NCBI GenBank assembly: GCA_963756705.1
Contig: CAVWOS010000009.1
Coordinates: 18,120 to 82,119, forward strand
Direction: 5' to 3'
Length of the DNA: 64,000 nucleotides
From: an uncultured Actinomycetota bacterium
GTDB lineage: Bacteria; Actinomycetota; Actinomycetes; Streptomycetales; Streptomycetaceae
Position 1 is the first letter of the stretch, and every line of letters starts with the position of its first letter. The notes below the pieces were generated by a model, which was not told the origin of the DNA, made no database searches, and saw only the letters and a program-made list of their open reading frames with translations. Both the position numbers and the translations under genes were made by a program. Shown here one piece after another: positions 9,557 through 18,608 of this stretch.

Positions 9557-11650
9557 TCACGGCAGGGCGCTGCGGATGTCGGCCAGCCGGTAGGCGGTCG
9601 GCCGCCCGGGAACGCCATCGAGGCGGATCGTCGGGACGTCGAGACCGGCTTTCCTGAGGCGGTCTTTGAGGGTGCGGCCGATCATCAGGGGTCGGTTCGC
9701 CCGCCCTTCCCACGCGCCGAAGACGGCCTCGTCGGCGGCAACCAGGTGGTCGGCGAGCTGCGCGATGGTCAGCGCCTGCGGGCTGCCCTCCGCCGCGAAG
9801 GCGTCGAGGAGCAGTTTGGCGATCTCCGGGATGCCGGACCGTACTGTGGCGGTGTCGTCGAGGGTCGGCAGGCCCGCGTCGACCCGTTCCTTGGCGCGGG
9901 CGGCCGCGGTGGTTGCGCTGATGGGTGGGACGTAGCGGAGCACCGGGTCGCGGTGTCGGGGGGTGATGCAGTAGAAGCGGCCGGCGTCTGCGGGCTCCCA
10001 CTCGCCAGGGCTGGGGACGAGCAGGTGCGGCAGCCACCCCCGGGAGATGGCGTCGGCCTGGCCGACCACCAGGGGGACGTCGGCCTGCCGGCACGGGAGC
10101 ATGATCCGCACGCCGAACACGTCGGCGACCGCGTCACCGAGGACGTCGGCGGTGGCGTCCTGGGTGCAGACCACCAGGGTCACCCTGGCTTTGCGGCCGA
10201 TGCGCAGCAGGTCCAGGGCGAGCTGCTTGCCGCGTTTGGACAGGCGGGGCCACTCGTCGACGAACGCGATGATCGCCGGGGCGTCGGGGGTGACGGTCCA
10301 GTTGTCCTCGACCGTGCCGAGCGCGGCGATCCGTGCCTCGGCCGTGGCGAGCAGGTGCTCCAGGAGTGCTTCGGCGTCTCTGGGGTTGAGGGCGCGGTGT
10401 GCGGCGCAGGGTCCCAGCGGGCCGAGTCCGCGGCCGGTGGGGTCGATGTCGATGGCGACGGCGTCGGTGCAGGCGGTGACGTAGTCGGCCATCGTGCGGA
10501 CCATCGTGGATTTGCCGCCGCCGGTGTCGGAGACGATCAGAGCGTGCTGTCCGGCCAGCACGACCGGTGTGGCGTCGCCGTCGATGCTGATGCCGATGCT
10601 GACCGGGTCGGTGATCGAGCAGGACAGCGGCGCGCGCAGCGGGGCGGGGGGCGGCGCCGCGAACGGGTCGGACAGCAGGATGCGCAGGGTGATGGCCGCG
10701 CCGTCCTCGGCGCTGGTGCGCTGCGCGAGCAGCCGGTTGTCGCCGACCCGCAGCGTGGTCGCCATCCTGGGCAGCACTCTGATCAGGTCCCCGAGGGTGC
10801 CGCCGGCCAGCACCACCGGCACCGTCCACCCCCAGGCGGTCTCGGCCGGCACGGCGACATCGGCGACCTGCGCGCGCTCCTTGCGCAGGGCCAGGATGAC
10901 GGCCTCGCGGGCCCGGCGGGGGTCCCGGCCGGCTTCGCGGATCGGGAACGGCTCCGGCTCCGGGGGCGCCTCCAGCTCGGTGTGCGCGGGCGGGGACGGG
11001 GGCACGAACAGCAGCTTGGGAACCCGCGGCCGGCGGCGCATCGGCCGACGCCCCTGCACCCACACCAACGCCACCGCGAACACGGCGAACAGCGCGGCAC
11101 AGAGCAGCGCGGCGGGTATCGAGATCCACCACACCCCCACCCACGCGGCCGGCAGTGCCAGCAGCCAGCCGACGGCAGCCAGATGCCGGCGGAAGCGGAC
11201 CTGGCCCCGGCCGATCGCCAGCATGCCGTCGGTCACTTCCAGGTGCCGGAACTCCTCCTGGCCCAGGCGCATCTGGAGCTGCGCCCACTGCATCATCTTG
11301 TAGGAGATCACCGGCGACGCGCCGCCGCCGTACATGCCGTAGCCCCCGCCATAGCCGCCGTAGCCGCCGCGGCTTCGTTGCTGGCGCTGTATCTGCATGC
11401 GCTGCATCTGCATGGCGGTGGCCTGCTTCTGCTGGTTCTTCAGCATGCTGATGTTCTGCGCGACTTCGGCCTGGGTCTTCTGGCGGTCCGCCTTCCACAG
11501 GCGGTACTGGTCGTTGAGGACACGGTGCGCGATGTGCGTGTCGGTCAGGTCCTCGGTACGCCACCAGCGGCCCCATTCGGCCCGCAAGTGGCGTGCTCCG
11601 GCGGACAAGGTGCCGGCCAGGGTGCTGGTGCTGGTGTTGTTGGTGGTCAT
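9557..11650 (-). CDS. traB: FtsK/SpoIIIE-family conjugative DNA translocase (TraB/TraSA-like)
   Basis: two TM helices, GQHALIVSDTGGGKST Walker A variant, FVDEW Walker B, RKARVTLVVCTQ sensor, C-terminal winged-helix-like domain. Confidence 0.8.
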   Translation of the reverse strand: MTTNNTSTSTLAGTLSAGARHLRAEWGRWWRTEDLTDTHIAHRVLNDQYRLWKADRQKTQAEVAQNISMLKNQQKQATAMQMQRMQIQRQQRSRGGYGGYGGGYGMYGGGASPVISYKMMQWAQLQMRLGQEEFRHLEVTDGMLAIGRGQVRFRRHLAAVGWLLALPAAWVGVWWISIPAALLCAALFAVFAVALVWVQGRRPMRRRPRVPKLLFVPPSPPAHTELEAPPEPEPFPIREAGRDPRRAREAVILALRKERAQVADVAVPAETAWGWTVPVVLAGGTLGDLIRVLPRMATTLRVGDNRLLAQRTSAEDGAAITLRILLSDPFAAPPPAPLRAPLSCSITDPVSIGISIDGDATPVVLAGQHALIVSDTGGGKSTMVRTMADYVTACTDAVAIDIDPTGRGLGPLGPCAAHRALNPRDAEALLEHLLATAEARIAALGTVEDNWTVTPDAPAIIAFVDEWPRLSKRGKQLALDLLRIGRKARVTLVVCTQDATADVLGDAVADVFGVRIMLPCRQADVPLVVGQADAISRGWLPHLLVPSPGEWEPADAGRFYCITPRHRDPVLRYVPPISATTAAARAKERVDAGLPTLDDTATVRSGIPEIAKLLLDAFAAEGSPQALTIAQLADHLVAADEAVFGAWEGRANRPLMIGRTLKDRLRKAGLDVPTIRLDGVPGRPTAYRLADIRSALP

Positions 11651-11665
11651 GTGTGCCGCCCCCGC

Positions 11666-12166
11666 TCAGATCCGGGTGAGCAGGATGCTGCCCACGGTGT
11701 TGCCGCTGGTGCGTATCAGGCCGAGGGACAGCCCGATCAGGCCGGCGGAGGCACCCAGCCACACCCCGCACAACGCCCCCAGGAGCACGGGGTTTTTCAG
11801 GTCCGGGCGCCCGGACTTGAACAGCCCGAGGTAGAGCGCGAGCAGGCACAACCCGGCGACCACGCCGGAGAACCCGACCTTCTCGCCGCCGGTCAGCGGC
11901 CGGTGCCCGCCGCCAGGGACCGCGGTGTTGGTGCCGGCCTCCAGGGCATAGCGGCCGACCCCGTCGCCGAGCGCCGCCGTCGCGCCGCCCATCGCGCCCA
12001 GGATGCCGCCGCCCAGGAACAGCAGAGTGGCCATCGCCACCCCGGCGATGAAATGCACCTTCGGAGTGGGGTCCCCGCCCCGCCACCGGCCCACCTGGTA
12101 GAAGAGGACGACCAGACCGGCGACGGACGCGCCGATTCCGCCGACGGCGGCTCCCGTGGTGTTCAT
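11666..12166 (-). CDS. small polytopic membrane protein (Spd/transfer accessory)
   Basis: Gly-rich hydrophobic helices; sits directly upstream of traB in the operon. Confidence 0.65.
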   Translation of the reverse strand: MNTTGAAVGGIGASVAGLVVLFYQVGRWRGGDPTPKVHFIAGVAMATLLFLGGGILGAMGGATAALGDGVGRYALEAGTNTAVPGGGHRPLTGGEKVGFSGVVAGLCLLALYLGLFKSGRPDLKNPVLLGALCGVWLGASAGLIGLSLGLIRTSGNTVGSILLTRI

Positions 12167-12171
12167 GAAAA

Positions 12172-13044
12172 TCAGACTCCTGTCAGGACGTTGATCGCCA
12201 CGCGCCCGATCGAGTGCGCGGCAGCGAGAAGGAAGGACCAGCCGGCGACGGCTGTGGCCAGGCGCAGCAGATAGCCGGCGTAGGGCACGGCCCAGGCCCG
12301 GCGGAAAAGGGCGACCAGCCCCCGGGCCGTGGCCGAGACGAGAGCGCCGGCCGCCGCGCCCAGCACGCCCCCCAGGGGCAGCGCGAGCAGCACGGCCAGG
12401 ACCAGTACGGGCAGCAGCACCCACCCCAGCGGCGCGAACAGCCCCCCGGTGCGGATGCCGGCGGCCATGCGGTCCTCCGGGCTCTGCCCGCCCCACGTCA
12501 CCAACAGCGAGACCAGCAGCGCGGGGACGTTGACGCCCAGGCGCAGCCACCGCAGGTCCAGGCCGCGGCGCTGCGCGGCCGCGTACGGATCGGGCAGGTG
12601 CGCGGCGACGGCCTGGCCGACCGCGGCGCCGATCTCCTGCGCGGCCTGCCAGCCCTCCCGGCCCTGCTCGGCCCAGACGTCGCGCAACTCGCCGCGTATG
12701 TCCGCTGTCCGCCACCACTCCCCCGGCGCCCCGTCGTCTCCCGGACCCTCCGGCCCGGACGGCCCCGCCTCAGGCGGGAGCGGCTGTTTGATGCGCGGCG
12801 CCTCGGATGGCATCGGGGGCGCATCCGGCGGCAACGGACGCCCCCCGGGCACCACCGCGGGCGGCAATGGCTGCTTGACGGGCGGCGCCTGGGGGGGCAA
12901 CGGCTGCTTGGGCGGCGGCTGTTCCGTGCGCGGCGCCTCAGGTGGCAGGGGCTGCTTGACGGGCGGCGCCTCGGGCGGCAGGGGCTGCTTGCGCGCAGGG
13001 TTCGGCCCGTCGTTGCCGCCGCCGTCGTATGCGTCGCCCGTCAT
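12172..13044 (-). CDS. membrane protein with N-terminal KQPLPPEAP proline-rich repeats
   Basis: about 5-6 KQPLPP(E/Q)AP-type repeats, then 3-4 TM segments. Confidence 0.7.
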   Translation of the reverse strand: MTGDAYDGGGNDGPNPARKQPLPPEAPPVKQPLPPEAPRTEQPPPKQPLPPQAPPVKQPLPPAVVPGGRPLPPDAPPMPSEAPRIKQPLPPEAGPSGPEGPGDDGAPGEWWRTADIRGELRDVWAEQGREGWQAAQEIGAAVGQAVAAHLPDPYAAAQRRGLDLRWLRLGVNVPALLVSLLVTWGGQSPEDRMAAGIRTGGLFAPLGWVLLPVLVLAVLLALPLGGVLGAAAGALVSATARGLVALFRRAWAVPYAGYLLRLATAVAGWSFLLAAAHSIGRVAINVLTGV

Positions 13045-13059
13045 GTCCCGCTCCCGGCC

Positions 13060-13476
13060 TTACGCGGGGCGGAGGTAGGCCGCGTACACCCACCCGGTGA
13101 AGCCGGACCGCAGTCCGGACGCGCTGCGCCGGGTCAGCCGCACCTGGAACCACGCTTGGTTCCAGCTCTCTCTGATCGGCGTCATGTGGTCGCCCCGGTA
13201 CAGCAGCCCGTAGGTCGTGTGGTGCGTGCTCGGTCCCGACCTGATCCGCAGGCCGTTCACCTTCGGCGTGGCCGTCCCGAATATCCACTCCGTCGTCGGG
13301 GCGAGCCGCGGGGCGGGGGCGGCCGATGCGGCGCCCACCCCGACCACTCCGATCAGCACCAGGCTTGCCGCCGCGGCCAGCGGCACCAGGCGCGTCGTGA
13401 TGCCCCTTCTGCGGGTGCTCCTTCTTCGGCTCCGGCCGGGCTGGGCGGGGGGCGGGGGAATGCGTGTGGTTTCCAC
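13060..13476 (-). CDS. secreted SH3b-domain protein
   Basis: Arg-rich signal peptide with AASA cleavage; GLRIRSGPST..GLLYRG..WFQV..GWVYAAYL is an SH3b signature. Confidence 0.8.
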   Translation of the reverse strand: METTRIPPPPAQPGRSRRRSTRRRGITTRLVPLAAAASLVLIGVVGVGAASAAPAPRLAPTTEWIFGTATPKVNGLRIRSGPSTHHTTYGLLYRGDHMTPIRESWNQAWFQVRLTRRSASGLRSGFTGWVYAAYLRPA

Positions 13477-13816
13477 GGCTTCTTCTTTCTGGTGCGGGGT
13501 ATACCGGGGTGACCACCCCTGGATGTGGGGGCGGTCCCGGTGTCTGCGGCCAGATTGGGCAGACCGGCCCCGCCCTGCCCAGAGCCCACATACTGAGCCG
13601 TATGGCTCATATGGGGCCTCTACCTTGCATTGGCGCATCGGGGACCCGTATCGGCTGCACCGCTCCATGTACGGGACCCTGCGGCGGGATCGGGCGGGCC
13701 CGGGCGGGCCGGGAGTGGCCCCCGTCACTTTGTCTGGACGACCCCCCGGCGCAAGGCATTACCTTCCTGGCATAAGGACCGAAAGCGGATCATCACGATG
13801 CACAGGGAGCCACGCC

Positions 13817-15733
13817 ATGCCCACACTCGACGAGGTGATCAACACCATCCCGGGCCTGCACTACGCGGTGCCCCCGGACGGCCCGGCGCGGGCGGCCGTG
13901 ATGGGAGTGCGGTCGACCGGCCACGGTTCCCCCCGACGCTGGGAGAACGGCCGGGAGGTGTCCGGCTGGCGGGGCCTGCTGGCGCTGCTGACCGGCAGCC
14001 CTGTGCAGTACGGCCCCCTGGTCCGCGCGCTGGCCGGCGGCGGCGCGGCGGGGATCGTCTGCGCCGCGCCGGTGCCCGCCGGGCTGGTGTCCGCCGGCCG
14101 TGCCCACCATCTGCCGGTCGTGGAGGTCACCGCTGAGGCGGCATCCGCGGAGTACCTCGCCGAAGCCGTCTTCAGCCTGCGGGACGCCGAGGAGACCGCG
14201 CACGCCAACTCCTTGCAGAAGCAGCTGGACAGCGCTCGGGGGCTACTGACCAGCGCGGGGAAGCAGGACGCCGTTCAGGCGATCCGGCAATGGCTGGAGG
14301 GAGCCGTGGGCGGCGAGGTGATGCTGGTAGCGCCCCATCAGGTGGGGCCCCCGATGCTGCCGTCCGGGCAGATCGTGCCGCGCGAAGAGATCGCCGCCCT
14401 CGCCGAGAGCGGGCAGATCGCGGCGAAGGAGGTGACGGTCGAGGACGGCCTGTCGGTGCGGCTGTCCTCTCTGAGCACCGGCATGCCCCATCATGTGCTG
14501 GCGGTGGCCCGCGAGGGCGGATGGCCGAAGACCGCAGCTGATGCGATAGCCCTGGCCAGCCCGGTGCTTGCCAGCTGGCTTCGGCAGGCCGCCGTCGGCG
14601 ACGCCGAGCGGGTGCCGGCCCGGACTGCGGTGCTCCAGATGCTCCTGGACGAGCAGGTACAACCGGCCCGGGAGGCCGCCAAGGCGATACGCGTCGCCCA
14701 CGCCGTCCTGCACACCGCCGCCCGGGTCAGGGTGTGCGTCATCAGCAGCCCATCGCAGGACATGGTGGTGTCCGCGCTCCATCACCACCTGGGCGACAAG
14801 GCCCTGGTCGTGCCGTACGGGGAGACCATCGTCGCGGTCATCGTGGACGACGAGAAAGTCCTGGCCGCCCTGCGCAGGTACCTCCACCCCCGGCGTGCCT
14901 ACATCGGCGTCAGCGGGCGGCATGCGCTGGACGAGGTCCGGGTGGGACATCTCCACGCGCGCCAGGCCATGGGCGCGGCCACCGACCGGCCGGAGCGGTG
15001 GGCACGATACGTGCCTGTCCTGTCCGATCTGGCCTCCGCGCTTCCCATCGGCCCGGCCTACCGCTGGCAGCAGGACCTCCTCCAGCCGCTGGAGGGTCTG
15101 CGCCCGGCCACGCGTGACCTGTGGCTGGAGACCACCCGCCTGGTCATGACCCACGGCACGTCGGTGGCCGCCGCGACCATGGGGGTGCACTACAACTCGG
15201 TCCGACGCCGCACCGCACAGATCTCCGGGGCACTCGGCCTGGACCCCGGCGACCCCGGCGACAGCATCGTGCTCGACCTGGCGCTGCGCATCCGCCGCCT
15301 GCGGCTGCGGGCACCGGCGCGCTCCACGCCCATCACCCTCGGCGAACTGCTGGAGACCCCGGCGGCGAGCGCCTGGGCCCGCACCATGATCGGCACGCTG
15401 CCCCCGCACCTCCTGGAAATAGTGATCGTCTGGCTCGATGCCTGGGCCGACGGCGCCGACGGCGCCAACGCCCGTGCGGCCGAACGCCTCGGCACCATGC
15501 CCAAAACGCTCCGGCGCCGCCTGCACGAGGCCGAGGCCCTCCTGGGGCGCACCCTGGTCACCAGCGCCCCCCTCGCAGGACCCGACCCGACCCCGGGCCG
15601 GGTCGGCTCGCGGCCGCCCCAACCGCCCAGCACACTCCCCGCCGAGCGCGGAATCAACGACCTCTTCCTGGCCGCGACCATCACCGGCACCCTGCAACGC
15701 CCCGTCCTGACCCCCCGCCACACCCAACGCTGA
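13817..15733 (+). CDS. PucR/CdaR-family transcriptional regulator with two C-terminal HTH domains
   Basis: AAATMGVHYNSVRRRTAQISGALGLD and AAERLGTMPKTLRRRLHEAEALLG; AGGGAG SD before the ATG. Confidence 0.8.
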   Translation: MPTLDEVINTIPGLHYAVPPDGPARAAVMGVRSTGHGSPRRWENGREVSGWRGLLALLTGSPVQYGPLVRALAGGGAAGIVCAAPVPAGLVSAGRAHHLPVVEVTAEAASAEYLAEAVFSLRDAEETAHANSLQKQLDSARGLLTSAGKQDAVQAIRQWLEGAVGGEVMLVAPHQVGPPMLPSGQIVPREEIAALAESGQIAAKEVTVEDGLSVRLSSLSTGMPHHVLAVAREGGWPKTAADAIALASPVLASWLRQAAVGDAERVPARTAVLQMLLDEQVQPAREAAKAIRVAHAVLHTAARVRVCVISSPSQDMVVSALHHHLGDKALVVPYGETIVAVIVDDEKVLAALRRYLHPRRAYIGVSGRHALDEVRVGHLHARQAMGAATDRPERWARYVPVLSDLASALPIGPAYRWQQDLLQPLEGLRPATRDLWLETTRLVMTHGTSVAAATMGVHYNSVRRRTAQISGALGLDPGDPGDSIVLDLALRIRRLRLRAPARSTPITLGELLETPAASAWARTMIGTLPPHLLEIVIVWLDAWADGADGANARAAERLGTMPKTLRRRLHEAEALLGRTLVTSAPLAGPDPTPGRVGSRPPQPPSTLPAERGINDLFLAATITGTLQRPVLTPRHTQR

Positions 15734-15946
15734 CAGCCACGGCCGCCACCTGGCCGCCAAGCCTGCAGGCCGCCGTCGCGGACGGCGGCGACAGCACACA
15801 GCGCCCCGGGCCGTACAGCAGAGCCCGCCCTCGATCACCCTGGCAGGCGGCAAGCCAACCGGAGGTGGGGAACGCTCTGTGGGTGTGGGTGGCCGCCCGG
15901 GCACGGTTCGCCGTTCGCGGCCGTCGTCATACGCACGGTCGCCCTG

Positions 15947-16198
15947 TTACGACGGGGGGCGCCCGGTTCGCCGTCCTGTCGTCGCCCACCACAACGACGT
16001 GGTCAGCCCCCGGAATCCGGTGTGCGACGGGGCGCGGCCGGAGTGCTGCAATGCCCACTGCTGGGCGTCGCCGGCGTCCTCCCCGGAAGCCGAGCGCTCC
16101 AGGCACGTCGTGCACTCCAACTCGAACAGCGGCGGCGCGCCTTCGGCGGTGTCCCGCTGGATCTTCCAGGTGACGAAGCGCGCCACGGAACGAGTCAC
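15947..16198 (-). CDS. small Cys/His Streptomyces protein (DUF7848-like)
   Basis: ECTTC..AQQWALQHSG..HTGFR pattern. Confidence 0.6.
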   Translation of the reverse strand: MTRSVARFVTWKIQRDTAEGAPPLFELECTTCLERSASGEDAGDAQQWALQHSGRAPSHTGFRGLTTSLWWATTGRRTGRPPS

Positions 16199-16259
16199 AG
16201 CGATACTCCGGCGGTAGTGCGCCCGGTGCGCAGACGGTGGGTTGAGCGGCGTTCGCGGC

Positions 16260-16440
16260 GGCAGGTGCCCCGCGGCGTGCGAGTTCACGTCGGTGTTCGA
16301 GGTTTTCCCCGCGTGCTTGCTCAAGGGCCTCTCTCAACGACCTTGTCTCCTCGCGGAGTTGTTCCTTGAGACGGGCGATCTCTGTGCTGGGCGCGAGGGC
16401 GAGGTTGTTCTCGCTGTCCTGCTCGGCCTGCCTGCGGGCG
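16260..16440 (-). pseudogene. coiled-coil C-terminal fragment resembling DUF6262/TnpC-like transposition helper
   Basis: EIARLKEQLREETRSLREALEQARGENLEHRRELARRG; no intact 5' end. Confidence 0.35.
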
Positions 16441-16886
16441 CAGGCCGGCGGAACCGGCGGAACCAGGAGGGGGGGCGATCCGGGTCCCGCCGGAGTCCCA
16501 GGCAAGGAGGAGCCTGCACCCCCCAGCCTGCACCCCACCAGCCCCCATCCCCCACCACGACCCGGCCCCGTTCACCCGAACGAACCACCCGGCACCACCA
16601 ACTCCACCCGGAGCACGGGAAGGCCCGTCACCGGTGTGGTGACGGGCCCTGTTGGTGCGGTCAGCGGCGGAGCGCTCGTGCGCGTCCGCTCCGCTGGGGT
16701 CGAACCGGACCCCGGGACGCCGGGTGTCTCCCCCATCCATCCGGCCGGCCGGGCAACGGCGGCGACCACCACCAGCCCCGGGTACACAAGCCGGTAGTGC
16801 CAGGGGCGCCGGCCGCCAGCCCGGCAGGGACGGCCGACACCCAGCGCGACGGCTTCAGCGGAGAACGACACCAAACCCTCCCTTAT

Positions 16887-17706
16887 TCACTGGCAGGGGT
16901 GCTGGAGTCCCGTCCTGCTGCCGGTCACCGCTCCCCCGGCTCGGGTGGGCCCCGTCAGCTCGGGGAGGGCGGCGCGCTGGGCGTGCAGGGCTTTGGCCAG
17001 GGTGGTGACGTAGGCGGTGGCGTGGGCGCGTCCGTCGGGGCCGGGGGTGGCCTGCACGCGCTGGATGAGGGCGGAGCCCACCAGGACGGCGTCGGCCAGG
17101 CGGCTGAGCTGCACGGCCCGGCTCACCTCGCACCGGCCGGCTCCGATCACGACGGGCAGCCGGGTGACGGCCCGGATGCGGGGGACGAAGTCGCGTAGGC
17201 CCGTCAGGTCCGGCCCGCCGGGATACCCGGTGGGCGTGTCGGTGGCGGGGGCGACGATCCAGCCGGTTGCGGCGCGGCACACGGTGGCCAGGCGGGTATC
17301 GGTGGCCCGGCGGAACGCGACGCGCGGGGCGAGCAGCCCGGCCCGGTGTGTGGTGGCGGCCCACAGATCGGCGTGGATCTGGGGCAGGTCAGGGACGGTT
17401 ATCGCGCCCGCGCCGGCTCTGGCCAGCGCGGTCGCGGCGCTGACCGGGCCGACCCGGGCGAGCGCGTCCCAGTGGGCGCGCACGACCACCGGCACCCCGT
17501 GGTGGCTGGTGATCTCGCTGACCGTGGTGATCGCGTCGGCCAGCGCGCTCTCGCCGGTGTGCCGGGCCGGCCCCGCGCCGATCTCCACGTATTCCGCGCC
17601 GGCCTCGATCAGTGGCGTGCAGGGTGCTGATCGCGTCGGTGGTGGTGGGCCAGCCGGCGGGCCAGAACACCCCCAGCACGGGGCCGGCGCGGAGCAGGGT
17701 GGTCAT
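16887..17706 (-). CDS. degenerate tryptophan synthase alpha-subunit-like TIM barrel (frameshift near 17615)
   Basis: LIEAGAEYVEIG, GAITVPDLP, TG, LPVVIGAG, ADAVLVGSALI match the TrpA scaffold; the PFSDPxADG loop is absent. Confidence 0.7.
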
Positions 17707-17871
17707 GGCTGTGGCGGCGGGTGTCGGTGTCGGGGTCGGGGTCACGGGGGTTCACCTTCTGTCTGCGGCCGGCCGGGCTGGGGGTGGTGGCCGGCTGGGG
17801 ATGGCCGGTTTCCGGGCGGGTGCCGCTGCACTGCGGCGCCCGGCGGGCGTGGGTGGGTGGGGGCGGTGGGG

Positions 17872-18538
17872 TTAGCGGCCGATGCCTATGGCCTGCTGGA
17901 TCGTGGTGGCGTCGGTGATCGCGCGGAGCATCGCGTCGGCGACGTCGGCCCGGCCGATCGACCGGTAGCGGTAGGGGTTGTGCTCGACGGTGACGCGGTA
18001 GGCGCCGGTGAGGGGCTGGTCGGTCAGCCGCGGCGGGCGCACGACCGTCCAGTCCAGGCCGCTTCCCCGCAGGTCGGCCTCCATCACGGCAAGGTCGGCG
18101 AAGTGGGCGCCGAGGAAGCGGCGGGCGAGCGGGGCGGCCAAGGTAGCGCATGACGGGCCCCTCGGCCGGATCGTGCACGGGCCGGGAGGGTCTGCCGGGC
18201 GAGGGCATGGTCAGCACGAGTACGGAGCTGACCGCCACCACCCGGCGCACGCCCGTGATCTGCATCGCCTCGATCAGCGATCGGGTGCCCGCGGCGGTGA
18301 TCCCGTGGTCGGCCCGGGTGCGCGGCCCGAAGGCCGACAACACCGCGTCGGCGCCCTCCACGGCCTCGGCCAGGGCTGCCGGGTCGGGCGCGGTCAGGTC
18401 CATGCGGACCGATGGGACGGGGTGGGGGAGCAGGGCGGGGGAGCGGACGACGGCGGTCACCTCGTGGCCGCGCTCCAGGGCCTGCTCCAGTAGCTGCCGG
18501 CCGATGCCTCCGGTGGCGGCGATGAGCGTGATCCTCAT
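17872..18538 (-). CDS. NAD(P)H-binding oxidoreductase (flavin/biliverdin reductase B-like; frameshift near 18140)
   Basis: MRITLIAATGGIG Rossmann motif, GADAVLSAFG, LDWTVVRPPRLTD, IGRADVADAML. Confidence 0.85.
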
Positions 18539-18608
18539 GACGTGGCTCCTTGGGTGTGATGCGGGGGGTGGTGACGGACGGCCCGGGGCGGGGCGGGCGG
18601 TGGCGGGG

